From Candidatus Binatia bacterium (GTDB lineage: Bacteria; Desulfobacterota; Binatia; UBA9968; JAJDTQ01), in assembly GCA_022823055.1 (NCBI GenBank), contig JAJDXX010000240.1, positions 8,794 to 72,793 on the forward strand: a stretch of 64,000 nt of DNA. Reading direction: 5' to 3'. The notes below the pieces were generated by a model. That model ran no database searches, was not told the origin of the DNA, and was given only the letters and a program-made list of their open reading frames with translations. This document shows, one piece after another, positions 49,782 through 58,264 of this stretch (position 1 is the first letter of the stretch; every line of letters starts with the position of its first letter). The position numbers and the translations under genes were made by a program.

Positions 49782-50612
49782 TCAAAAGGTCGGACAACGG
49801 GCAGGCGCGCCCAGCATCGCGTTGAGTTGCATCCTCGTTACCTTCACCGTACGCGCATCATTATATTCCCCTTGGACGGCCTTTCGAAAATCATCCCAAC
49901 TGGCCTTTGCTCTTTCGCAGTCGCCGAATGCAGCCTCCGAGAGAATCCAATCGGTATACACGTTCGCGAGTAGTCCCGACTTGAGGAACGTTTCCATGCG
50001 TCGTACCGAGTCCAGCGCGCGCCCGAACATTGCACGCGCCGCACGTACGTCCTGGCCCTTACCGGGTGCGAACAACGTTTGTGCGACTATACGTTGGGCC
50101 TCTACTCGTTCAGCGTTCGTGGCAGCCGATGAAAGAGCCTGTTTGGCGTATTCTTGGGCGCGCCCTGTGTTCCCCAATTGAAAATGTTCGACCGAGAGAG
50201 TGAAGGATATGGCGAAATTGGTCATATCGCTGCGTTTGGATACCAGGTCGTCCGCCAGCCTCAAGATGGAGACCTTCTCCGCATTCAACGTCTTCGCCAA
50301 GGATTGTGTAGCCCAGTCGTCCTTTGTGGAAAAGTAGGTCGACGTAATTCGACTATTCAGCTCGGTAATCCGGCGAATATGGTCGGCCAACGTTCGTCGG
50401 TCGGCCGCCCTCTCTTCGCGTTGTTTGAGGACGATATTCTCATACACCTGGAAGCCGCCGACGGTAATCGAGACAATCAGTGCAAGTAAGGCCATCCACT
50501 GGCCTATTGTCGCTGTCCACGACTTGTCTGCCGTGTCAAGGCGACCCTCGAGCTTCGCTATTCTTTCGGGAATGGAATCCACGGCTTCGTGGTTGTCGGG
50601 GTGTTCAGACAT
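49782..50612 (-). CDS. Single-pass membrane protein with helical-repeat (TPR-like) C-terminal domain, unknown function
   Basis: N-terminal coiled segment, one TM (WMALLALIVSITVGGF), then an all-helical Ala/Leu-rich region. Lower GC. Confidence 0.55.
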   Translation of the reverse strand: MSEHPDNHEAVDSIPERIAKLEGRLDTADKSWTATIGQWMALLALIVSITVGGFQVYENIVLKQREERAADRRTLADHIRRITELNSRITSTYFSTKDDWATQSLAKTLNAEKVSILRLADDLVSKRSDMTNFAISFTLSVEHFQLGNTGRAQEYAKQALSSAATNAERVEAQRIVAQTLFAPGKGQDVRAARAMFGRALDSVRRMETFLKSGLLANVYTDWILSEAAFGDCERAKASWDDFRKAVQGEYNDARTVKVTRMQLNAMLGAPARCPTF

Positions 50613-50653
50613 GCAAAACCCGCTTGGAGATATGAGGAACAGGCTCGTTTCAA

Positions 50654-51331
50654 CTAGGCTACGCGAACGTCGGCCAGGAACCGGAGATGACCGTGGGGCA
50701 AGGGTGCAAGTTCTATCGGAGGGAGATCACGAAACCCGGGTCCCATGTCGGGCGCCCAGAAGGGTTGGGGAAAGGGATCCGCGACCCATGCAGCGATGAT
50801 GTTCGGCTGTTCACAGGATACTCTGCCGTCATAGGTGACGCCGATCAACACCATCATGTGGGACAGATTGCAGATTACCAAGGGTTTTTCGCGATGTAGT
50901 GAACGAATTATGTCGCAATTGGTTAGTTGAGACACGCCGAAGTCGGGCGCAAAGATGCGGCTGCGGACGCGGAAGGGGCGGCCGGCATGGTCGCGGTAGT
51001 CACGATTTGTCGCTTGCAGCAAACTGAACGGGTCGAGTGCGGTGGGGATGGCCGCGCCGTAGGTCTGCGTGACGAGGTCTCGCTGGGACACGCGTTTCCC
51101 GTACCATGCGAAAACCATCTGAAGAACGGCGGCCCAACACCACAGCATGGTCTGCTGGTAGGCGCCGACACGGCGAAAGTCGGCACTCTTTATTCCGACG
51201 TCGCAGATGTAAGGGGGAAGGTTGTGGTACCCGCATAGGCGATACGCCTGGGCTAACGAGCTGAGTGACAAGGTGCCTGCGGTCCCGGCAAGTAGTGACA
51301 AGAATCGGCGTCGGGATAGGTCGTGTATCAT
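50654..51331 (-). CDS. Tat-exported papain-fold cysteine peptidase-like protein (C39/C70-like)
   Basis: Twin-arginine signal MIHDLSRRRFLSLLAGTAGTLSLSSLAQA. Gln...Cys block QQTMLWCWAAVLQMV and downstream His (LSHMMVLIGV). Alternative start 51355. Confidence 0.6.
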   Translation of the reverse strand: MIHDLSRRRFLSLLAGTAGTLSLSSLAQAYRLCGYHNLPPYICDVGIKSADFRRVGAYQQTMLWCWAAVLQMVFAWYGKRVSQRDLVTQTYGAAIPTALDPFSLLQATNRDYRDHAGRPFRVRSRIFAPDFGVSQLTNCDIIRSLHREKPLVICNLSHMMVLIGVTYDGRVSCEQPNIIAAWVADPFPQPFWAPDMGPGFRDLPPIELAPLPHGHLRFLADVRVA

Positions 51332-51477
51332 CGGAAGTCCACCCAATTCGCGCATGAGAGACGATCGTTTCCGGGGTGTGAAGAGGGCGCCGATAACGCT
51401 CCGGCCGCGTGGATGGCCGTGGCGCGGCGTAACGGGGGTGGTGGTGGGGTGGTCATTTGGCGCAGGGGGTTCGCGAG

Positions 51478-52659
51478 TTAATCACTTACCAATCTCCAAA
51501 CATTTGGCCACCCATGTCGCACCGGCTCACGCGTCCTGTCTCGCGAATCCGGCGGCAAACCGTCGATGCACTGGCGTATGTCGTCGTTGACGGCCCCGCA
51601 GTGGTAGTAGCTATGCTCGACGATGCCGCTTACAAGGCGGCTACAATCGACTTGATGCACGCGATCGGGAAGATAGGCCGGCCATTCCGCGCCGTCCCAA
51701 CCGAGGCGGTCGGTGTTTCCTTTGGTGTAGTCGGAAACGGGCATGGTGAGGTCGCCGCGGTTGTGGTAGATGGTGACCGACTTTGCCATTTGAGGAAGGC
51801 GGTGGAAGGGCTCTCCGGGCTGGAACACGTCGGCAGCGACATCGGCGGCGCAGAGGAAGACGCGCTCGAAGATTCGGGGCAAGCGGCCCCCGATCGAGTA
51901 GTTGGTGAGTCGTTCCAGGGCGTTCAACAGGACGTAGTTGCCCATGGAATGGCACAGCAGGTATAGGGACCGGCCGCAGGGCGGTTCGCTCCTGTGGCGA
52001 CTAAGGCGGCGTGTGTCGATGAGATAGTCTCTGAGTTTGAGGAGACCGCGGCCGAAAGCGTATCCGGAGACCTTCGCGTCGCTACGGTCGGAGAAGTAGG
52101 ACCAGTAGGGGATCGCGCGGCCGTCGGAAGGCCAAGTAAACAGGACGACGTGCACCGGCGTCGAATCGTTTGCGGGGTCGGGGCTGCAATCGCGGTTCAG
52201 CATGCATTGCAGGCTGGCGGCGGATGCGACGGCCTCCCACCAAGACACGTTGAAACCGTGGACGTAGATGAGGACATGGTCGCCGGCGACCAGCTTGTCG
52301 CGTAGTTCAGAGAAGGCACGCGTCGAGCCTAGGCCCTGTCGCGGTTGGGTGGACTCGTTCTCTTCCTTCCGGAGATCTTCGCGGAACGCCTCGATGGTGG
52401 CGGTGCGCCGCTGTCGAATGAGGTATTTTGCGAGCCGGATTCCGTCGCCGGTTCCGAATCCACAGTCCGCTTCAAGGCATTCGGCGACCTTCCTGCTGTC
52501 ACAGGGGAGCGTCACCATGCCGAACCGCAGGTTCTCGGTGCCGTCGTTGCTCGGTTCGATGCCGTATCCGGTCGGCTGCCAGCGGTCGAGACCGCGGTGA
52601 CGCCGATTGGTTGCGTAGTAGACGTGGATGCGGTCCATAGGCTGGGCTGCTGCATCCAT
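51478..52659 (-). CDS. Alpha/beta hydrolase of the DUF900 type (paralogue 1)
   Basis: ...IHVYYATNRRH... N-terminus, VLIYVHGFN, nucleophile elbow CHSMGN, FLCAADV. About 60 % identical by eye to 56537..57700. Alternative start 52638. Confidence 0.7.
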   Translation of the reverse strand: MDAAAQPMDRIHVYYATNRRHRGLDRWQPTGYGIEPSNDGTENLRFGMVTLPCDSRKVAECLEADCGFGTGDGIRLAKYLIRQRRTATIEAFREDLRKEENESTQPRQGLGSTRAFSELRDKLVAGDHVLIYVHGFNVSWWEAVASAASLQCMLNRDCSPDPANDSTPVHVVLFTWPSDGRAIPYWSYFSDRSDAKVSGYAFGRGLLKLRDYLIDTRRLSRHRSEPPCGRSLYLLCHSMGNYVLLNALERLTNYSIGGRLPRIFERVFLCAADVAADVFQPGEPFHRLPQMAKSVTIYHNRGDLTMPVSDYTKGNTDRLGWDGAEWPAYLPDRVHQVDCSRLVSGIVEHSYYHCGAVNDDIRQCIDGLPPDSRDRTREPVRHGWPNVWRLVSD

Positions 52660-52700
52660 GGTTTGAAGGTCCGGTAACCGCTCCTTTCTTCGAGCTTAAT

Positions 52701-52756
52701 CCGTACCTATAAGTACGGTTATGGTTGTAATAACCACAAGCGTAGCGATCTGTCAA
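52701..52756 (-). promoter_or_regulatory. Putative promoter plus palindromic operator upstream of DUF900 paralogue 1
   Basis: Minus-strand reading: GAAAAAATTC-TTGACA-N18-TATTAC-...-CCGTAC-TTATAG-GTACGG, then AAGGAG and ATG. Confidence 0.5.
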
Positions 52757-52781
52757 GAATTTTTTCGAAAGCGAGGTGGGG

Positions 52782-53600
52782 TCAGTTGGTGACCTGGAAT
52801 TGCAGCAGTCCAGCCGGCGTCTTGTAGTACGCGGCGCGGGCGTCCGCCTCCGAGCCATACTGACCGGCCGGCATGCGCCGCGCGCGCACCGTGACCTGGA
52901 GCGGCGCGATGTCGAAGGGGTAGGGGTCCATCCGCACCGAACCGTCGGGGTTCGGGGTGATGCGCAACTCGACGCTGTTGTCGGGTGCGTAGCCGGCGGG
53001 GACGGGCGCGAGGCACTCTTCCTTGAAGCCGTTGCCGCCGTAGCCGTCGCAGCAGAAGTAGAGGGATAGCAGGTCGAAGAGCTGCAGCATGCGGTAGTTG
53101 ACCCACAACTCATCTTCGAACACGGCCTTGCCGGCGGCGAGCGTGGCCTTGTCCTGCCGCTGCTGTGCTTCGAGTTCGTCGAGCGCCGCCTGTACCGGGG
53201 CGCTCAGTTCGCGCACCCGCGGCTTGGGACTGGTAAGAACGTCGTAGCGGCCGCACCACAGGCCGGTGCGGTGCATGGAGACCAGGATCCCGGCGTAGAG
53301 GTCGTGGCCGCGGACCCAGTCCACGTTGCGCCGGTAGGCGGTCAACTCGGTGGCCTCGAAGTCCGGGATCCGTTCGCGATGACCGTAGGGCCGCCCCTTT
53401 GCCGCGTCCATCCGCGGCACTCCTTCCCACTCGCGGTACCCGCTGTCGTGGTACGTGGTGGCGAACACCATGGTGTCGTAGGGTCGGAGGCGCTCGAACC
53501 GGTCGTTGCCCCAGTGGGCGGCGAATTGCGCCGAAAGCTCGGCGTGCTCTTCCTGCGTGCTTACGTAGGTGGAACCGTCAGCGACTTCACGTATGACCAT
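52782..53600 (-). CDS. DUF3891-like protein
   Basis: 272 aa; MVIRE...STQEEHAELSAQFAAHWGN...TTYHDSGYREWE matches my recollection of the DUF3891 pattern (HA.LSG..A..WGN / HD.GW). Confidence 0.5.
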   Translation of the reverse strand: MVIREVADGSTYVSTQEEHAELSAQFAAHWGNDRFERLRPYDTMVFATTYHDSGYREWEGVPRMDAAKGRPYGHRERIPDFEATELTAYRRNVDWVRGHDLYAGILVSMHRTGLWCGRYDVLTSPKPRVRELSAPVQAALDELEAQQRQDKATLAAGKAVFEDELWVNYRMLQLFDLLSLYFCCDGYGGNGFKEECLAPVPAGYAPDNSVELRITPNPDGSVRMDPYPFDIAPLQVTVRARRMPAGQYGSEADARAAYYKTPAGLLQFQVTN

Positions 53601-53687
53601 GGTCGGTCCTCCTTTGACCGCGGACTGTATTCCTCATCTCAAATTCCCTTTAGCGGAGTCAAGGTCACGGGGCGTCAGGGGCGACGG

Positions 53688-54962
53688 TTGGTTGCCCGGC
53701 GGTTGTCCCTGTTCTATCGTCTGAGGGTGAGAACGGCCGTTGACAGCAGCGCCGACAGGAGTGCCCGCATCCTCGACCGCCTCCGGACGGCCGGGGGTTT
53801 CCACTTCCCGGACTACCGGGGCGGCTCTCTCGTGAACCTGCTCTCGTCCATCATCCGGGCGTTGGGCGGGACCTCTCCGCATCTCGGGCTGCGCGCGCTG
53901 GACGAAGCCACGCTCAAGGGCGTCCGGCACATCGTCTATCTTGTCCTCGACGGCGTGGGCTGCGAGCAACTGGACCGGTTCACGGCCGCGGGCGGCGGTG
54001 AGCACTTCTTCTCCCGGCATCCTCGCCAACGCATCACCACGGTGTTCCCCAGCACCACGGCTGCCGCGGTGACGACCCTTTCCACCGGCGCCGCCCCGGC
54101 GGAGCACGGGGTGCTGAGCTGGCACCTGCACCTCCACGACCTGGGCCTCGTGGGGGCGGTGTTGCCGGGGAAGACCCTTACGGGCACCCCGCTGGCGGAG
54201 GAAGACTTCAACCTCAGGCGCTATCTCGGGCTGCCGTCGTATCTCTCGTCGGTACACCGGCACAAGCGACTCCTGTCCTTCGGGACGCTCGGACGAAGCG
54301 CCTATTCCAACGCCGGCACTCGCTGGAACGGGTACGGCGCCTACCGCACGCTCGTGGGCTTGGAGCGACAGACCGTGCGCTTCGCCCGCGAGGGCGGTCG
54401 CGGCGTCGCCTATGTCTACTGGCCGCTGTACGACACCCTGTGCCACCAGGAGGGGGTCCAGGCCCGCAAGACGAGACTCCATCTCGCCGAGATCGACAAG
54501 TCGTTGGAGCGTCTCGTGAGCGGACTTGCCGGCACCGGGACCCTGCTCCTGATCACCGCGGATCACGGGGTGGTGGACGCGCCTCCGCCCCGGCGGATCG
54601 AGCTGACCGCCGTACCGGGCCTGCTCGACTGCCTCGCCCTCTTGCCCGCGGGTGACGGCCGTCAGGTTTCCTGCTTCGTCCGCCCGGCGCACGAGGCGCG
54701 CTTCCGCGAGGTGGTGGCCCGTCACTTGGCCGAGGCGTGCTTGTGCATTACCGGGGAGAAACTCCTGGAAAGCGGCCTCCTCGGGCCGGGCGATCCGCAT
54801 CCCTCGCTGTGCAATCGCGTCGGCGACTACGTCCTCCTGGCCCGGGATGACTACGCCTTCCGCGTGACCCCGCCCCTCACCAAGGCCAGGATCCACAAGG
54901 GCAACCACGGCGGGCTGTCATCCGATGAGGTGTATGTGCCGCTCTACGCCCTGCGCCTGTGA
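53688..54962 (+). CDS. Alkaline-phosphatase-superfamily phosphodiesterase/pyrophosphatase-like protein
   Basis: Metal and nucleophile motifs LVLDGVGCEQL, VFPSTTAAAVTTLSTG, LLLITADHG, GNHGG. Start uncertain (TTG 53688 / GTG 53727). Confidence 0.65.
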   Translation: MVARRLSLFYRLRVRTAVDSSADRSARILDRLRTAGGFHFPDYRGGSLVNLLSSIIRALGGTSPHLGLRALDEATLKGVRHIVYLVLDGVGCEQLDRFTAAGGGEHFFSRHPRQRITTVFPSTTAAAVTTLSTGAAPAEHGVLSWHLHLHDLGLVGAVLPGKTLTGTPLAEEDFNLRRYLGLPSYLSSVHRHKRLLSFGTLGRSAYSNAGTRWNGYGAYRTLVGLERQTVRFAREGGRGVAYVYWPLYDTLCHQEGVQARKTRLHLAEIDKSLERLVSGLAGTGTLLLITADHGVVDAPPPRRIELTAVPGLLDCLALLPAGDGRQVSCFVRPAHEARFREVVARHLAEACLCITGEKLLESGLLGPGDPHPSLCNRVGDYVLLARDDYAFRVTPPLTKARIHKGNHGGLSSDEVYVPLYALRL

Positions 54963-54977
54963 AGCCGAGGCCTCTTG

Positions 54978-56516
54978 ATGAAGCTTCAGGAACTTACCGA
55001 CCTCTCCGCCCGGGTAACCCGGAGTGCCGGCCGGCTGGCCAAGATCGGACACTTGGCCGAATGCCTGCGGCGCCTGGAGCCGGGGGAAATCCCCATCGCG
55101 GTAGCATACCTGTGCGGTGAGCTGCCCCAGGGAAAGGTTGGCATCGGCTGGTCCATGCTGAAGGACGCGCTGGCCGGCGGGGCTTCCGAAGGCGGCGTCT
55201 TGACCCTGGCAGATGCCGACGCGTGTTTCGAGAACGTGCGCCGGACCACAGGCCCCGGGTCGAGCGCACGGCGGGGCGAGCACTTGGCCGGGCTACTCGG
55301 CCGGGCCTCGGAAACGGAACGAGGGTTTCTGCAACGCCTGGTCATGGGAGAGATGCGTCACGGCGCCCTGGAGGGGGTCATGATGGAGGCGGTGGCCAAA
55401 GCGTCGGGGCTGCCGTCCCGCACCGTGCGGCGTGCCTACTTCGTCAACGGCTCCCTCGGACAAGTGGCTTTGGTTGCGCTGATCCAGGGAGAAGCCGGCC
55501 TGGCCGGTTTCCAACTGACACCGGGGCGGCCTATCCTGCCGGCGCTCGCGCAACCCTGCGACGATGTCGCCGACGCGGTGCGGCAGCTCGGAACCGCCGC
55601 CCTGGAGTACAAGATGGACGGGGCGCGTGTGCAGGTCCACAAGGTCGGGTCGGACGTGGCGGTGTTCACTCGGGGGCTAAGGGACGTGGCCCCCGCGGTG
55701 CCGGAGTTGGTGGGTACGGTGCGTGCGCTAGGCGCCGGGGATCTGATTCTGGACGGCGAGGTGCTGGCCTTCCGGCCGGACGGCAAGCCCCACCCGTTCC
55801 AGACCACCATGCGGCGTTTCGGCCGCAAGCTCGACGTCGCCGAGATGCGCCGGGACCTGCCGCTGACGCCGTACTTCTTCGACTGCCTCCATCTGGACGG
55901 CAACGCCCTCATCGACGCACCCGGCCGGGAACGCATCGACGCCCTGGCCGCCACGGTGCCGGCCGCTCTGCGCATGCCGCGAATGGTCACCGACAGCCCG
56001 GCAGTGGCCGAGGCCTTTTTCGCCGCGGCCGTGTCGGCCGGCCACGAGGGAGTCATGGCCAAGGCCCCGGACGGCCTCTACGAGGCCGGCGAGCGTAGCG
56101 GCCACTGGCTCAAGATCAAGCGCGTACACACGCTGGACTTGGTGGTCCTGGCGGCGGAGTGGGGTCACGGCCGCCGCCGTGGCTGGCTCAGCAACCTGCA
56201 CCTGGGGGCGCGCGACCCATCCAACGGCTCGTTCGTCATGCTTGGCAAGACCTTCAAGGGCCTGACCGACACCATGCTCACGCAGCAGACGGAGTTCCTT
56301 CAGCGACTGGAGACCGCCCGGGACGGCCACACCGTGTACGTGCGGCCGGAGACGGTGGTAGAGGTGGCCTTCAACGACCTTCAGGCAAGCCCGCAGTACC
56401 CCGCCGGGCTGGCGCTGCGATTCGCCCGCGTCAAGCGGTACCGGCCCGACAAGCGCGCCGAACAGGCGGACACCATCGAGACCGTGCGCGCGATCCATGC
56501 GGCCGGGGTGGAATAG
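54978..56516 (+). CDS. ATP-dependent DNA ligase (three-domain DBD-NTase-OB type)
   Basis: GAGG 7 nt before ATG 54978. Motif I EYKMDGARVQVH. Motifs III-VI recognisable (ILDGEVLAF, HEGVMAK, WLKIK). 12-15 nt after the phosphodiesterase gene. Confidence 0.9.
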   Translation: MKLQELTDLSARVTRSAGRLAKIGHLAECLRRLEPGEIPIAVAYLCGELPQGKVGIGWSMLKDALAGGASEGGVLTLADADACFENVRRTTGPGSSARRGEHLAGLLGRASETERGFLQRLVMGEMRHGALEGVMMEAVAKASGLPSRTVRRAYFVNGSLGQVALVALIQGEAGLAGFQLTPGRPILPALAQPCDDVADAVRQLGTAALEYKMDGARVQVHKVGSDVAVFTRGLRDVAPAVPELVGTVRALGAGDLILDGEVLAFRPDGKPHPFQTTMRRFGRKLDVAEMRRDLPLTPYFFDCLHLDGNALIDAPGRERIDALAATVPAALRMPRMVTDSPAVAEAFFAAAVSAGHEGVMAKAPDGLYEAGERSGHWLKIKRVHTLDLVVLAAEWGHGRRRGWLSNLHLGARDPSNGSFVMLGKTFKGLTDTMLTQQTEFLQRLETARDGHTVYVRPETVVEVAFNDLQASPQYPAGLALRFARVKRYRPDKRAEQADTIETVRAIHAAGVE

Positions 56517-56536
56517 GGACCGTCGGTTCCCGTTTC

Positions 56537-57700
56537 CTAACCGTCTACGAGACGCCAGACATTCGGCCAGCCGTGACGGGTGGGTTCGCGCGTGCGGTCG
56601 CGCGAGTCCTGCGGCATCCCTTCGATGCTTTGGCGAATGTCGTCGTTGACCGCGCCGCAGTGGTAGTAGCTGTGCTCGATGAGACCGCTCACGAGCTGGC
56701 TGCAATCGACCTGATGGACACGGTCGGGCAGATACGCGGGCCATTCGGCGCCGTCCCGCCCAAGTCTGTCGGAGGCCCCCTTCGCGTACTCGGAAGACGG
56801 CATGGTGGGGTCACGCCTGTTGTGGTAGATGGTGACGGCTTCTGCCATCTCCGCCAGCCTGTGGAAGGGCTCTCCCGGCTGGAACACGTCGGCAGCCACA
56901 TCCGCGGCGCACAGGAATATCTGTTGAAAGATGCGCGGCAGCCTGCCGCCGGCGGAGAACTTCGCAGTCCGCTCCAGGGCGTTCTGCAGGACGTAGTTCC
57001 CCATGGAGTGGCAGAGAAGTTGTATCGGCTGTCCATAAAGGCTCTCGCCTTTTCGACGGGCGAGGCTCCGTGCATGGAGGAGGTAGTCTCGAAGCTTGAG
57101 GAGACCGCGTCCGAGGGCATAACCGGACACCTTGGCGTCGGTGTGGTCGGAAAAATAGGACCAGTGCGGGATTTCCCGGTCGCCTGACGGCCATGCGAAC
57201 AAGACGACGTGAACCCGCGGCGACTGATTCGGGGACCCCTCGCCTCCTGAGTGGCGGTTCAACATGCATTGCAGGCTGAGGGCGGATCCAACCGCCTGCC
57301 ACCAGTTCATGTTGGGACCGTGGACGAAGATGAGGACGTGGTCGCCGCTGTTCATCTTCGCCTGCAATTCGGAGAACGCCCGGCTGGAACCGAGCTTCCG
57401 CCGCGGCTGGTCGGATTCGTTGGCCTCCCTCGAGAGATTTTCGGTGAAGGCGTTGATGGCCGCCTTGCCCCTCTGATCGTAGAAGTACCTTGACAGCTTC
57501 TCTCCGTTCCCGGCGCCGAATCCACAGTCGTCCTCCAGGTACCGGGTTACCTTGGCGTGGTCGTAGCGGATGGTTACAAGCCCGAACCGGAGGTTTTCGG
57601 TGCCGTCTTCACTCGGTTCCGGGCCATATCCCGTCGGTTTCCAGCGCTCTCTTCCGCGGTGGTGCCGGTTGGTCGCGTAGTAGAGTTGCGTCGTTGCCAT
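56537..57700 (-). CDS. Alpha/beta hydrolase of the DUF900 type (paralogue 2)
   Basis: GGAG 9 nt before ATG 57700. ...QLYYATNRHH..., VLIFVHGPN, CHSMGN, FLCAADV. Same C-terminus RHGWPNVWRLV as paralogue 1. Confidence 0.7.
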   Translation of the reverse strand: MATTQLYYATNRHHRGRERWKPTGYGPEPSEDGTENLRFGLVTIRYDHAKVTRYLEDDCGFGAGNGEKLSRYFYDQRGKAAINAFTENLSREANESDQPRRKLGSSRAFSELQAKMNSGDHVLIFVHGPNMNWWQAVGSALSLQCMLNRHSGGEGSPNQSPRVHVVLFAWPSGDREIPHWSYFSDHTDAKVSGYALGRGLLKLRDYLLHARSLARRKGESLYGQPIQLLCHSMGNYVLQNALERTAKFSAGGRLPRIFQQIFLCAADVAADVFQPGEPFHRLAEMAEAVTIYHNRRDPTMPSSEYAKGASDRLGRDGAEWPAYLPDRVHQVDCSQLVSGLIEHSYYHCGAVNDDIRQSIEGMPQDSRDRTREPTRHGWPNVWRLVDG

Positions 57701-58044
57701 TGGCGGTGGCTCCAGGGACGTCATGGGCAATACCCGTCGTGCTCAGCATGAGCCAGAGTCACTCATTGAAGCCTCTTCCGCTACTCGTTCCCCAGAACGT
57801 CTCAGTTTCGTGTCGAAACAGTATAGCGCTCTACGGTTTCATGGCCCGCCCCAAGATTGGGAAGGGCATAAAGGAGGCAGCTCGGCCACCGCGCTTACCC
57901 GGCTATGCCGTAACCCATGTGCCTTCCGTCACATGGACGAGGTCGAAATGCGTAAACCTCGCTGAAACAATCGTATCCAGGATACTTGCGGCACCCGGCG
58001 GACGGCGCAACGTACGCTCCCCAGTATGGGGCCTCCCTGGATTT

Positions 58045-58092
58045 TGGGTTCTCGCCCACCGTACTAGTTGGGTTCTCGCCCACCGTACTAGT
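58045..58092. repeat. Perfect 24-bp tandem duplication
   Basis: TGGGTTCTCGCCCACCGTACTAGT x2 (58045-58068, 58069-58092). The second copy supplies the left half of the CCGTAC-N6-GTACGA palindrome. Confidence 0.95.
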
Positions 58093-58126
58093 AAGTACGA
58101 TTATAGCTTCCACCTCTACCTGTCAA
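58083..58126 (-). promoter_or_regulatory. Putative promoter plus palindromic operator about 390 nt upstream of DUF900 paralogue 2
   Basis: Minus-strand reading: TTGACA-N15-TATAAT immediately followed by TCGTAC-TTACTA-GTACGG. Confidence 0.45.
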
Positions 58127-58264
58127 GGGGAATCTTTGCGGTTTATGGAACGCGATTCTGGTTCTTCGCCGATACTAGGGACGACCGCCGACACCATCGT
58201 CGAAACCGCGTGCGCTGTCCACGGTGCGGGCATTGGCGAACGGGGCTGGTCGAGGACCCGTTGT

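Noticed and set aside
57895-58113. 72-aa minus-strand ORF containing the duplicated peptide TSTVGENP-TSTVGENP.
   Set aside because: The repeat is just the translated 24-bp tandem duplication. The ORF starts upstream of the predicted -10/operator and has no RBS. More likely non-coding leader.
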